Counted from the first letter of the stretch, positions 17,191 through 33,042 are shown. The stretch is DNA of 38,217 bases from Eledone cirrhosa (GCA_964016885.1 CAXHJY010000920.1:1-38217); one strand, 5' to 3'. The notes: generated from the letters alone by a model not told the origin. Numbers and translations: made by a program.

Positions 17191-18438
17191 ATGGATATAA
17201 ATGATAGAACTGTGAACTTCCTGGATGTTACATTAGACTTGGATAACCATACGTACACACCGTACCATAAGCCTAATGAATTGCTGACTTACGTGAATAC
17301 CAACTCTAACCACCCTAGGTCGGTCATCAGCGGTATATTGAAGGGCGTATCTAACAGAATAAGTTCACTCTCACATAGTGAAGAGGCGTTTGACTCGCAG
17401 GCTGATTACTATAATGATGCCTTAGCTAGATCCGGCTTTAGGGACAAATTGTATTATACCCTGGGAAATAATAGTCCTAATAGTAGCTCTACCAGTGTTG
17501 TTATAACACATAATATGTCCATTGGTAATAGAGGTGTCGCGAATGGGAGGGTTCTAAATGCCGGTGGAATGAACCAGCAGGGTACTATTAGTCTAAGTAA
17601 TAGCAATGGTAGGCCTCGCAGCTCCCCGCATAAATTAGGTGAGCATAATAATAATACTAATAATAATAATAGTGATGGAAATAAAAAGAATAAAAAGAAT
17701 AGAAGAAGATTGAATACATACTTCAACCCCCCTTTTAACTCTGAAGTGGCTATAAATATTCCTAGGGCCTTCTTCTCTGTGTTAGAAAGGAACTTCCCTC
17801 CTGGTAATAGGTACCACTCTATCCTCAATAAGAATGTTGTTAAACTTTCGTATTCTACAACCCAAAATCTGGCCTCTCATCTGGCCATTACTAATAATAG
17901 GAAAATAAAGGAAGGCCTGGACAACCTAAGCCTAGGGGAAAACACGGTAGTGGACAGAGGGGGCCGGAACATAAGTGGTGATCATTCTGAGAATAGCATC
18001 ACCAGAAATTGTAACTGTAGAAGGGCTTCAGGCTGCCCCCTGAATGGTTTCTGCCTTATTAGAAACATAGTTTACGCGTGTGATGTGGTAACCACGGCGT
18101 CCACTAAAACCTATATAGGATCAACCTCCACCCCCTTTAAGACCAGGTTTAACTCTCACCAGTGCACTTTTAGACACAATAAACTGAGGAACTCCACCTT
18201 TTTGGCAGCGTACGTCCACAATTTAAAAAATGCACGAACACATTACACACTTACTTGGCGGCAGGTTGCTAAATCCCATCCATATACTCCTCATAATAGA
18301 GTATGTAACCTATGCCTTGCCGAATCCCACTCTATTATATTTGCTAAATGCCCTCTACTAAACAGAAAGTCAGAAATATTTTCCTCTTGCCCCCACCGAA
18401 TATTAAGCTCTTTCTTCTACTTTAAACCTATTAGCTAG
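17191..18438 (+). CDS. PLE RT thumb, linker and GIY-YIG endonuclease (continuation of the upstream ORF)
   Basis: VNFLDVTL, YHKP, SNHP, FNPPFN, CNCRRASGCPLNGFCL, IVY...YIGST, FKTRFNSH, CNLCLAE, LLN, SCPH; frame open from ~17161. Confidence 0.92.
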   Translation: MDINDRTVNFLDVTLDLDNHTYTPYHKPNELLTYVNTNSNHPRSVISGILKGVSNRISSLSHSEEAFDSQADYYNDALARSGFRDKLYYTLGNNSPNSSSTSVVITHNMSIGNRGVANGRVLNAGGMNQQGTISLSNSNGRPRSSPHKLGEHNNNTNNNNSDGNKKNKKNRRRLNTYFNPPFNSEVAINIPRAFFSVLERNFPPGNRYHSILNKNVVKLSYSTTQNLASHLAITNNRKIKEGLDNLSLGENTVVDRGGRNISGDHSENSITRNCNCRRASGCPLNGFCLIRNIVYACDVVTTASTKTYIGSTSTPFKTRFNSHQCTFRHNKLRNSTFLAAYVHNLKNARTHYTLTWRQVAKSHPYTPHNRVCNLCLAESHSIIFAKCPLLNRKSEIFSSCPHRILSSFFYFKPIS

Positions 18439-20178
18439 CACTTCCTTAATTCTCCAGTTGGGCTATCTTGTGTAACTGTCTCTTATTGTGTGTAACTGTT
18501 TCCTATTGTTTGTCTTCTATGTATATGAGTCAGTGAGTGTATACGTATGCCTGCGGGAGAATATTGATCTGGATATTGGGGTGTACAGGTGAGTGGGTGT
18601 GTATGTTAATAAGCACCCCTGTTTGGCACAGCGGATGTAACCCATCCACGCTCGCCTACCCACCATTGTTGCATTGGTGGGTCTATCCCGACGCGTATCT
18701 TGCGGATCTGTACCTCTGTATGCGCATGAGTTATGATGTAATGTATCTATGTAGAGCGTGTACTGTGATATAGGCTGCACAAATAGAAATCTAGCCTGTA
18801 ACTGTGGGCGGACCTGTGCCATCTCGCCGTAAGCAGTAGATACGTGGCACATGTACGTGTTGCCCTCCTATTCTGTGGTTTAAGATCTACAGGCTGACTT
18901 CTGGGAGCTCTTGCCCGGTGTTGTAGTCTTTCTAGCACGATCGGCCTTCCATATATTGACGGTCGTTGTTATTATCCCAAAAGTAACGTTTTGCCCCGAT
19001 AGCCCTCCGTAGTTACTAACGGTCTGTGTACACTTGAATCGGGCAATGGCACGTGCGGACACGATTATCTTCGTAGGAATTCAATTTGATTTATTTTACT
19101 GCATCTCCTCGTATGTATTTATTTTGAATGTATTATCCGTGGTGGTGGGTCTTGCCTGATGTGGTATTTCTGTGTTTAATATCAGCTTTGACCCGGGTGT
19201 CCTACGCTGTATGTGTGTGTGTCTGTGTATACATTTATATGTGTATGGGTGTAGGTGGTTGTATATGTCTGTATATAAAAATATATATATATGTATACCG
19301 TCTCTGCATATGCATGTGGTGTGTATATATGCATATACGTGCAGAACATATTGGTGTGTATAATCTTGAGATGTCCCATTGCGGTGACTTCATGATATTG
19401 GCTCTTGAAGCTATTTTTTATATATCTTTTGTATGCGCTGTTGAGTATGCATATTAACCCGCCTGACCCAACTGTATTTGCTTGCTTTCGGCTAGCCCGC
19501 CTGCACCTGCTTGCTTTCGGCCCACTTGTCTGCCTCTTGCTGCTGCACGTGAATTCTCCTACCTTCCTTCGATGTACCTCTGTTGACCATTGGACTCCTG
19601 CCCGGGTGTGAACCGGTTTGTGATTACCACACCGCTCAACTGTGTGAATGCACACCCGTGACTTTCGAGTGAACATTTGAGACTGCCCAACCTGGGACGT
19701 CTCCATTGCATTGCAATGGTCAAGTGATGCTGATAACTGTGACACTTAGGGCCTTCGTGGGCCCTTGATATATTCAAGAAATATATTCTAAAAAAATATA
19801 TATCTTATCTCAATTTACTTTATTTTATTTTATTTTATTTCATTTCATTTTATTTAATTTTATTTATTTAATTTTATTTAATTATATCTTATATTATATT
19901 ATTTTATTTTATTTTATTTTATTTTATTTTATTTTATTTTATTTTATTTTATCTTATTTTATTATTATATTATATTATATTATTTTAATTTTAATTTTAT
20001 TTTATTTTATTTTATTTCATTCCTGACCCTGTATCACTATTATCTGTATATTTTATATGTATGTTTTTTATATTTTCTTATATATATTATATGTCTATTT
20101 TTTACCTATTTTTCACCTATTTTTTATCTATTCTTACCTAATCCTATCTATCTTATCTATTCTTGTCTGTTCTCTTAT

Positions 20179-20589
20179 CCATGTGTATGCTTGTATGTAA
20201 CTATATGTTGACACCACCCCGCCCAACTGTGACTGATAGCACCCCTTATTTTTCAATTATTTTTCAATGTTTATTTTTCAATGTTTATTTTTCAATGTTT
20301 ATTTTTATTTTTACTTCCTCAATATTTGTTATCTTTTATTATTTTTTATTCTTTATATCTTCAATGTCTTGGATTTGTTATTGCTTGTGTGATATGTAAT
20401 CAACCTTTATGCTCTGATGAGTCCAACTTATAGTGCGGATGAAACAATGTTAGCAAGTAAAGATATGCATATGCTATAGGCGTTCTTTGTTGTTGATTAT
20501 ATCACGGCTCTGTCCTCAGACATCGAGCTAACCTTATACTGCCTGTTGGATAAGTGGAGTGTTATACACCCCTGATCCTCTCCCTAATA

Positions 20590-20596
<7 letters not shown>
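20179..20596 (+). repeat. 3' pseudo-LTR of PLE
   Basis: Direct repeat of 15558-15964, ending ATACTATA fused to the (TA)n array. Confidence 0.93.
20410..20455 (+). ncRNA. Type I minimal hammerhead ribozyme (family F, 3' pLTR)
   Basis: Same as 15778-15823 except one C-to-A change in distal stem II. Confidence 0.9.
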
Positions 20597-22927
<2,331 letters not shown>

Positions 22928-23395
22928 GTTAATTTATTAACCCGCCATTGAACCACACTGGCACTTGGTTGGACAATACATGCGTACCTTGGCGCCTTGT
23001 GCGTGAAGGGACGTATTTCATATTACTACTACCTCCACAAACGTTGAGAACAAACCGGGTCATTCCGACTGCTGCTGACAACAGCGGTGGCTAGTTTGAC
23101 CTACCTCCTTTTGCCTCTATCTTTACTACGGCCCTTGATAAACCTGTTCTACATCATCCACTCTCATCCCAGGAACAGTCTTTGATAGCGCTAGTTTGTG
23201 ATTTAAATTCAGGAATTTTATATTCTTTGAATGAAAAGAACCTTCTGACGAGAATCTTACTTTGCAACAAAGGCCGTATGGTCTCCGTTTTATTTTTGGG
23301 ATTCGAAACCGATCGGTAAAGGTAACTATAGTAGGTAAAGTCAATTTTTGAAAATTTATTTTGAAACTTTTTCATTATTTACTAAACCTTGTTTA
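22928..23395 (+). mobile_element. Solo pseudo-LTR-like or non-autonomous element (family G)
   Basis: ORF-less island with a hammerhead ~70 nt from a 3' end (..CTTGTTTATA) that runs into (TA)n. Confidence 0.65.
23240..23323 (+). ncRNA. Type I hammerhead ribozyme (family G), canonical core
   Basis: ACCUU-CUGACGA-GAAUCUUA...UGGGAUUC-GAAA-CCGAUCGG-UA-AAGGU; palindromic stem III ACCGAUCGGU, GUA site. Confidence 0.9.
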
Positions 23396-23876
<481 letters not shown>

Positions 23877-24119
23877 GTGTGTTTACATACAGAATAGCTG
23901 GACACTCACAGTAAAGTGTCCAGTGAAAAACTCGGTACATCTACATATGTACACGTGTGTGTATTCATATGCATACTAGTATTTCAGTATACATATGTGG
24001 ATGTACATTTTTAACTTAATTGTTTAAGCGTCAGTCATACAAAAGTGAGTTACAAACGAAACGAAATTTAATTTCGTTTCGTTATTTGTTTTTATATATA
24101 TATGTATATATATATATAT

Positions 24120-25074
24120 ATTTCGCTGATGATTCCAAGCTCCAAAAGGTCATCAATGGCGTGGATGACCGGATAAGCCTTCAGTCAGACCTACTGGCTG
24201 TTACCCAATGGGCGGAAAAGAACAATATGTTACTGAACGAAGACAAATTCGAACTGATCCACTTTGGAAAAGAGGATGCTCTGAAACTCCCGTACTCCCT
24301 TCCCTCCGGGGAAACTCTCGTGGCATCTAACAGCATCAGAGACTTGGGAGTAACCGTGGACAGCAACATAAGTTGGACCACGCATATAAGCAACAAAGTT
24401 GACATGGCCCGCAGAATGTATTCCTGGATCCTCAGAACCTTCCAGTCGAGAGATTCCCGCACCATTATCCTTCTCTTCTCTACTTTTGCCCGACCACACC
24501 TTGAATACTGTTGTCCACTGTGGTCTCCCCACACGAAACAAAGTATCATGAAACTTGAAGCTCCTCAAAGGGCAATCACGAAAAAGATAGATGGCATGTC
24601 AGACCTTGACTACTGGGGTCGATTAGAAAACCTGAAACTTGAGCGTTATATTATCTGCATGATGTGGAAAATGTTCCATCATCACTGCCCAAATGATGTT
24701 GGCATCGCCTTCAAGATACACCCAAGGCTTGGGCCCCGTGCTATCCGTCCCATTCAAAAATCTAAATCGCAACTCATAACAACAATACGGCACAATTATT
24801 TCACCTCAATCGGCCCTGCTCTCTTCAACATCACACCAGGACACGTCAAAACAGAAACTGACCACACAAAATTCAAGAAGTCTTTGGACAAATTCCTCCA
24901 AGTAATCCCGTACAAACCACCCACACCCGGATATGTCTCCGCAAACAGTAATTCTCTTCTCGAATGGGCCATGGTGCCCAAATCCTGAATTGAAAGACTT
25001 CGCCAGGTGGTGCTATTAAGTTAGACATGGCCTGGCCCAATACTGGCCAAAACATTTCAAAGTTATTCAAAGTT
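24120..25074 (+). mobile_element. 5'-truncated CR1/L2-group LINE; RT C-terminal half (coding 24122-24988), short 3' UTR and TTCAAAGTT-type tail
   Basis: FADDSKL, WAEKNNMLLNEDKFELIHFG, RDLGVTVD, RPHLEYCCPLWSPH, LEAPQR, YWGRLENLKL; uninterrupted frame to the stop at 24988; flanked by (TA)n. Confidence 0.9.
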
Positions 25075-25119
25075 ATATATGTATATATATATATGTATGT
25101 ATATATATATATTTATATG

Positions 25120-25182
<63 letters not shown>

Positions 25183-25188
25183 GTATAC

Positions 25189-25224
<36 letters not shown>

Positions 25225-25237
25225 ATATATATATATA

Positions 25238-25731
25238 TTAAACCCTTAAATATACAAACCTTAACTTAACATTATTCTAAATTTTTCTCTTTGTTAATTT
25301 TCAAATTCTTTTAATTTATATATTATCTTCCAACGGTTTTTCAACCTCTCTATGTAAAACAATATATTTTTCTCAGTTATAAAAGCTATCTCTCTCTCTC
25401 TCTCTATCACCCGTCTCTCCTCCTATCTCATCCTTCCTCATTATACTCAATCCCCTCCACTTTTTACTCTCATCTGCTCCTCTTTTTCATCATTTCAAGC
25501 CCCCACCCCCCTGAAACATTTTTTTTTTCCCAATATCACACATCAATCTAAAACTACTTTTCATATGTTGATTTAAAACTGCACTATTCACAAGTGTGTT
25601 TTAACCTTCATATCATGTCTCCCTATTATATCTGACGAAAACGCAAATGTTATTGCATGATGATATTTGTTTTTGAAATGCGCATAATAAAATACATGGA
25701 ACTCTTTTAACCATCTTTTGATCTTATATAT

Positions 25732-25735
<4 letters not shown>
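25238..25735 (+). mobile_element. Pseudo-LTR/3' UTR fragment of family D
   Basis: 25562-25735 aligns with 15085-15257; upstream part is pyrimidine-rich. Confidence 0.75.
25626..25692 (+). ncRNA. Type I minimal hammerhead ribozyme (family D)
   Basis: UAU-CUGACGA-AAACGCAAAUGUUAUU GCAU GAUGAUAUUUGUUUUU-GAAA-UGCGCA-UA-AUA; stem II differences from 15151 keep pairing (AU to GU, UG to UA). Confidence 0.85.
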
Positions 25736-25788
<53 letters not shown>

Positions 25789-26185
25789 ATATATGTATAT
25801 GTATGTATGTATGTATATATATGTATATGTATGTATGTATGTATGTATATATATGTATATGTATGTATGTATGTATATATATATGTATATATATATATAT
25901 GTATGTATGTATGTATGTATATATATGTATATATGTATGTATGTATATATATGTATATATATATGTATGTATATATATGTATATATATATATGTATGTAT
26001 ATATATATGTATATATATATATGTATGTATATATATGTATATATATATATGTATGTATATATATGTATATATATATATGTATGTATATATATGTATATAT
26101 ATATATGTATGTATATATATGTATATATATATATATGTATGTATATATATATATATGTATGTATGTATATGTATGTATATATATG

Positions 26186-26220
<35 letters not shown>

Positions 26221-26223
26221 TTG

Positions 26224-26274
<51 letters not shown>

Positions 26275-26277
26275 ATG

Positions 26278-26330
<53 letters not shown>

Positions 26331-26601
26331 ATGTATATATATATATATGTATGTATATGTATATATATATATATGTATGTATATGTATATATATATATAT
26401 ATATGTATATGTATGTATATGTATGTATATGTATATGTATGTATATGTATGTATATGTATATATATATATATATGTATGTATATGTATATATATATATAT
26501 ATGTATGTATATGTATATATATATATATGTATGTATATGTATATATATGTATATGTATATATATATATATGTATATATATGTATATGTATATATATATAT
26601 G

Positions 26602-26632
<31 letters not shown>

Positions 26633-26641
26633 GTATATATG

Positions 26642-26672
<31 letters not shown>

Positions 26673-26765
26673 GTATATATATATTTGTATGTATATGTAT
26701 ATATATGCATATGTATATATATATATATGTATGTATATGTATGTATATATATATGTATGTATATG

Positions 26766-26796
<31 letters not shown>

Positions 26797-26835
26797 GTAT
26801 GTATATGTATATGTATATATATATATGTATATATG

Positions 26836-26873
<38 letters not shown>

Positions 26874-27098
26874 TGTATGTATATGTATATATATATATGT
26901 ATGTATATGTATATATATATATGTATATATGTATATATGTATATATGTATATATATATATATATATGTATGTATATGTATATATATATATGTATGTATAT
27001 ATATATATGTATATAGGAACCAGTAAGACCCCTAAGTATTGAGTACTTCGGTGCGTTATGGTCCACCTGGTTCCTCACCACATTTCCTTCGGTATATG

Positions 27099-27147
<49 letters not shown>

Positions 27148-27211
27148 GTATATGTATATATATATGTATATGTATATATATATGTATATGTATATATATA
27201 TGTATATGTAT

Positions 27212-27243
<32 letters not shown>

Positions 27244-27256
27244 GTATATGTATATG

Positions 27257-27305
<49 letters not shown>

Positions 27306-27306
27306 G

Positions 27307-27395
<89 letters not shown>

Positions 27396-27495
27396 GTATA
27401 TATATATGTATATATATATGTATATATATATATATGTATATATATATGTATATATATATATATGTATAAAAATATATATATATATATATATATAT
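25736..27495. repeat. Imperfect (TA)n/(TATG)n array containing an 80-bp family B fragment at 27013-27092
   Basis: TATGTATG-rich repeats. The insert CTAAGTATTGAGTAC...CATTTCCTTC is the reverse complement of ~11265-11324, preceded by an oppositely oriented ATAGGAACCAGTAAGACCC piece. Confidence 0.93.
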
Positions 27496-28592
27496 GTGGC
27501 ATATATAATAGCGGGACAATACTAGGTCCTACTGTTATATTACATTTGCATGGAGCAGTGACTTGAAAGTCTGACTCCTCTTATAGAACGTTCAGATATG
27601 ACACCCCTTAATTAATGGATGGTAATCATCCTAATATATACACCCTTGTACTTCTTAATGGACAACTCTCTAACCTATAAATGGGTAACATACTCTAGAT
27701 ATTAGTTATAACTTCACATGATAGGCACGTATTTGAATCACCATTAATGTAGTTTAGGATAGTAATGTAACTAAGATAACTAGCTAGTTACCTCCCCTTA
27801 CGCATTAATTCCCCTTAGTCATTCAGGCACTTCCGGAATCTGGACAGCATGATATATTAATTAGGAACCGACTGGATACGGTTTATAGTTTGACTATATG
27901 CTGAACCACCGCGAATTATACGATAGACGCGTGTTCTCTATATATATTGCGTCTCATGGATTATGTGAGTGGTGGTGTGAGCAAGGACAATGGTACGGCC
28001 TTGCCTACGATACAATAAGGTTTATAGTATGTTGAAAGTTTTTGATATTTTGGTGTTTCCCCGCATCCGAGACTGTATATCATACAGATGTATGAGAATA
28101 AATGACTTAATAATTCAGCCTACATAATAAGATCGATCGCCTGCTTCAACTGCCTGACCCTGCAAATATCATTCTGACGCACTCTAATCATGTATAGATA
28201 AGACACGCGTGCATGCTGCACGGGAGATTGTTTCATACACTGACTACTCTAAGCTTTCCTCTTGCTTTATCTTCATAGACTGCCAACGCTTCATGTTTAT
28301 CTTTATTTTCACTCTTATGTTCACCCTTGCTTTTATTTTATTTTATTTTATTTTATTTTTATTTTTATCCTGTAACCTTTATATGTAAATTGCCATGCTA
28401 TATCATTTGATGAATGTCACCCCACTGTTGATCAATATGCGCATATGTTTTATGTGTCTCTTGGGTTGAAAAGGAGGTCAATTATGTTATAGATCAGTAA
28501 ATAGCTGCTCCGAAGAATCCAAACCTCGGTTTGGAGGAAACAATTGTAAGCAAATAAATGACTTAAACTGAACTTTGATTACTGTAATCCAT
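27496..28592 (+). mobile_element. ORF-less PLE 3' UTR/pseudo-LTR-like segment (family H)
   Basis: Same layout as the main PLE 3' end: complex UTR, ATTTT tract (28331-28365), hammerhead-like motif, then (TA)n. Confidence 0.6.
28506..28552 (+). ncRNA. Type I hammerhead variant (family H)
   Basis: UGCU-CCGAAGA-A UCCAAACC UC GGUUUGGA G-GAAA-CAAUUG-UA-AGCA; palindromic stem III ACAAUUGU. Confidence 0.78.
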
Positions 28593-28631
28593 ATATATAT
28601 ATATATATATATGTGTGTGTATATATATATA

Positions 28632-29811
28632 TTATATTAAACAAGCTATTAAACAGGACTGACTTATTCGGTGCCCGCAGACACCCAAGGACGGGAACTT
28701 TCCTCAAGCTATATGGATAAACCCCGGTTACGGCCTCCCACAACGCTCCCTCCCCCGGTAGGTCCCCTACACCCCGTACCAATGACCAATGGACAACAAC
28801 AACCACCCATAGTTTGTAGTCCCTATGGTGGATGGTCCACCGGATCCTCTACTGGTTAGGAGTCATCTAAACCACGTTTTATTGAACCTGATTTTATATA
28901 TATATGTATATATATATCATGTGTATATATATATATATATTTTATGTGTATATATGTCTACTTTATATATATGTATGTATATATATGTATATATTTTATA
29001 TAAATATGTATGTGTATTTTATATATATATGTGTATGTATGTTTTATGTGTGAATATATTTTATGTATGTGTGAGTTTTATGTATATATATATTTTTTAT
29101 AATTGTATATGTATATATTTTATATATATATATGTTCTGTGTATATGTGTATATATTTTATATATATATATGTACGCTTGTGCGTACATACATGCATACG
29201 TGTATATATATACACACCTATATGGATTTGTGTGTGTAGATGTGTGAGTGTTTGAGGGGGTAGGTGTGAGTGTATGTACAAGTCAACCAGCATAAACCTT
29301 TTATTTCTAAATTTCCTAAACTATCTAAGTATTGGACTCTAACCATTATATTAAGTAATACCACCCCACATTTTGTATGTGTGGATGTGTGTGTGTGTCC
29401 GTGGAGGTGGGTGTGAGTGTAGTGCAAGCCAACCTACATAAGTCTTTTTATTTGTAAATGTTCTACTCTCACCATAAATTTCAGTAGCACCACTCCACTA
29501 TTGTCATCTTGCCTGACGGTTTGAATTTTACAAAACCACCTGCCTCTTTGAGATCAAATACCAAGCCTACTACCATCTACAAACTGACCAATGAGAATCA
29601 AGACTATTCCTGCTGACAACATTAATATTTTTCTAACAAGCTCATATGTCCCAAGGCTCTGATACCATCAGCACTATAAACACAGAGCTGGCATATCTAA
29701 GAACTGACTAATTGCTTGATGAGGTCATAGCCATTCAATGGCTATCATCGAAATATATATAGCAGTAAATAAAGGATTATAAGTTCATGCAATTGACTTA
29801 TGTTTCGTCAC

Positions 29812-29813
<2 letters not shown>
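28632..29813 (+). mobile_element. 5'-truncated PLE (family I): last codons of endonuclease, 3' UTR, pseudo-LTR
   Basis: 28646-28720 reads LLNRTDLFGARRHPRTGTFLKLYG*, similar to LLNRKSEIFSSCPHRILSSFFYFK of the main element. Hammerhead at 29711; ends ..GTCACTATA into (TA)n. Confidence 0.7.
29711..29766 (+). ncRNA. Type I minimal hammerhead (family I; U at position 3)
   Basis: AUUGC-UUGAUGA-GGUCAUAGCCA UUCAA UGGCUAUCAUC-GAAA-UAUAUA-UA-GCAGU. Confidence 0.8.
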
Positions 29814-29844
<31 letters not shown>

Positions 29845-29864
29845 GTATATGTATATATGTATGT

Positions 29865-29897
<33 letters not shown>

Positions 29898-30326
29898 TAT
29901 ATATGAATGTGTATAGATATAGATATATGTATATATATGTATGTATATAGATATAGATATATGTATATAGATATAGATATATGTATATAGATATAGATAT
30001 ATGTATATAGATGTAGATATGTATATATATATATATATATGTGTATATAGATATATATATATATGTATATAGATGTAGATATGTATATATATATATATAT
30101 ATGTGTATATAGATATATAGATATATGTATATATATATGTGTATATAGATATATATATATATATGTATATATATATATGTGTATATAGATATATATATGT
30201 ATATATATATATGTATATAGATATATATATATAGGTATATAGATATATGTCTATGTATATATATATATATGTATATAGATATATATATATGTATATAGAT
30301 ATATATATATGTATATAGATATATAT
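29814..30326. repeat. (TA)n array with TG and TAGA variants
   Basis: TATATG and ATATAGAT units. Confidence 0.95.
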
Positions 30327-30328
30327 AA

Positions 30329-32042
<1,714 letters not shown>

Positions 32043-33042
32043 TATAAAGAATTAATATCTAGTAACATATATATACATACAGATGCATATCAATGCTAGC
32101 AAATATATAGGTTTTGTCTTAGTAACTTTGTGGTTCAATGCATGGGGTTGCAGAACAATAATATGAGAGACGTAAAATAAGAAAATTATAAAATTAACTT
32201 ACTTACTAAAATTTCACTCCCAACTAATTAGTTTCTGAAATGGAATAAATATATTTTCCGAAGAAGATATAGAGAAGCATTTCGTCGTCTCTATATCTTC
32301 TTCGGAAAATATATTTATTCCATTTCAGAAACTAATTAGTTGGGAGTGAAATTTTAGTAAGTAAGTTAATTTTATAATTTTCTTATTTTACGTCTCTCAT
32401 ATTATTGTTCTGCAACCCCATGCATTGAACCACAAAGTTACTAAGACAAAACCTATATATTTTCTAGCATTGATATGCATCTGTATGTATATATATGTTA
32501 CTAGATATTAATTCTTTATAATTATCTCCAAATTATTTGTCGAGCAATATTGGCCAAAACTGCTGCTATGGTAGCAGGCAGGCCGCTGTCTTATTAACAA
32601 ACCACTTTCCACTGATTGACCTCGATGTCACGTAATTGATTCTTTTTGAATTTGCCACCGACGCAGAGGCAGTGATTTTCTCAATGGCTAGGAATTCAGT
32701 CCACGCTTTGCTATTTTCTATCCACTGAATTATTTTTGTGTAAGTTTCCAGAGTCCACGCTTTGCCTCGATACTTAGCTGACAATAGTCTTCCCTGGCGA
32801 CAAAATGCTTCTCTATATCTTCTTCGGAAAATATATTTATTCCATTTCAGAAACTAATTAGTTGGGAGTGAAATTTTAGTAAGTAAGTTAATTTTATAAT
32901 TTTATTATTTTACGTCTCTCATATTATTGTTCTGCAACCCATGCATTAAACCACAAAGTTACTAAGACAAAACCTATATATTTGCTAGCATTGATATGCA
33001 TCTGTATGTTATATATATGTTACTAGATATTAATTCTTTATA
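32043..33042 (+). mobile_element. Retrozyme-like tandem element, copy 2 (~1.45 units of 522 bp plus a 233-bp inverted 5' arm)
   Basis: TCTCTATATCTTCTTCGG at 32288 and 32810 (period 522). 32043-32275 is the reverse complement of 32288-32520. Homologous to 3726-4388. Confidence 0.8.
32789..32868 (+). ncRNA. Type I hammerhead motif (family A) with long stem II; A6G in this copy
   Basis: CUUCC-CUGGCGA-C AAAAUG...cUUCGg...CAUUUC A-GAAAC-UAAUUA-GUU-GGGAG; partial copies at 32217-32287(-) and 32288-32346(+). Confidence 0.72.

Larger units (their letters stand above)
15558..20596 (+). mobile_element. Near full-length Penelope-like retroelement (C-terminal GIY-YIG; best fits the Hydra PLE clade)
   Basis: Direct ~410-bp pseudo-LTRs each with a hammerhead, RT plus GIY-YIG coding region, ~1.75-kb 3' UTR, and a 3' end running into (TA)n. 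Clade assignment rests on the CxCx5C linker and TA targeting and needs a phylogeny. Confidence 0.93.

Noticed and set aside
18517-19777. Short ORFs in the PLE 3' UTR (111, 187, 109 aa etc.) as accessory genes
   Set aside because: No recognisable motifs, and the paralogous copy at 1893-3030 has frame-disrupting indels in the shared part.
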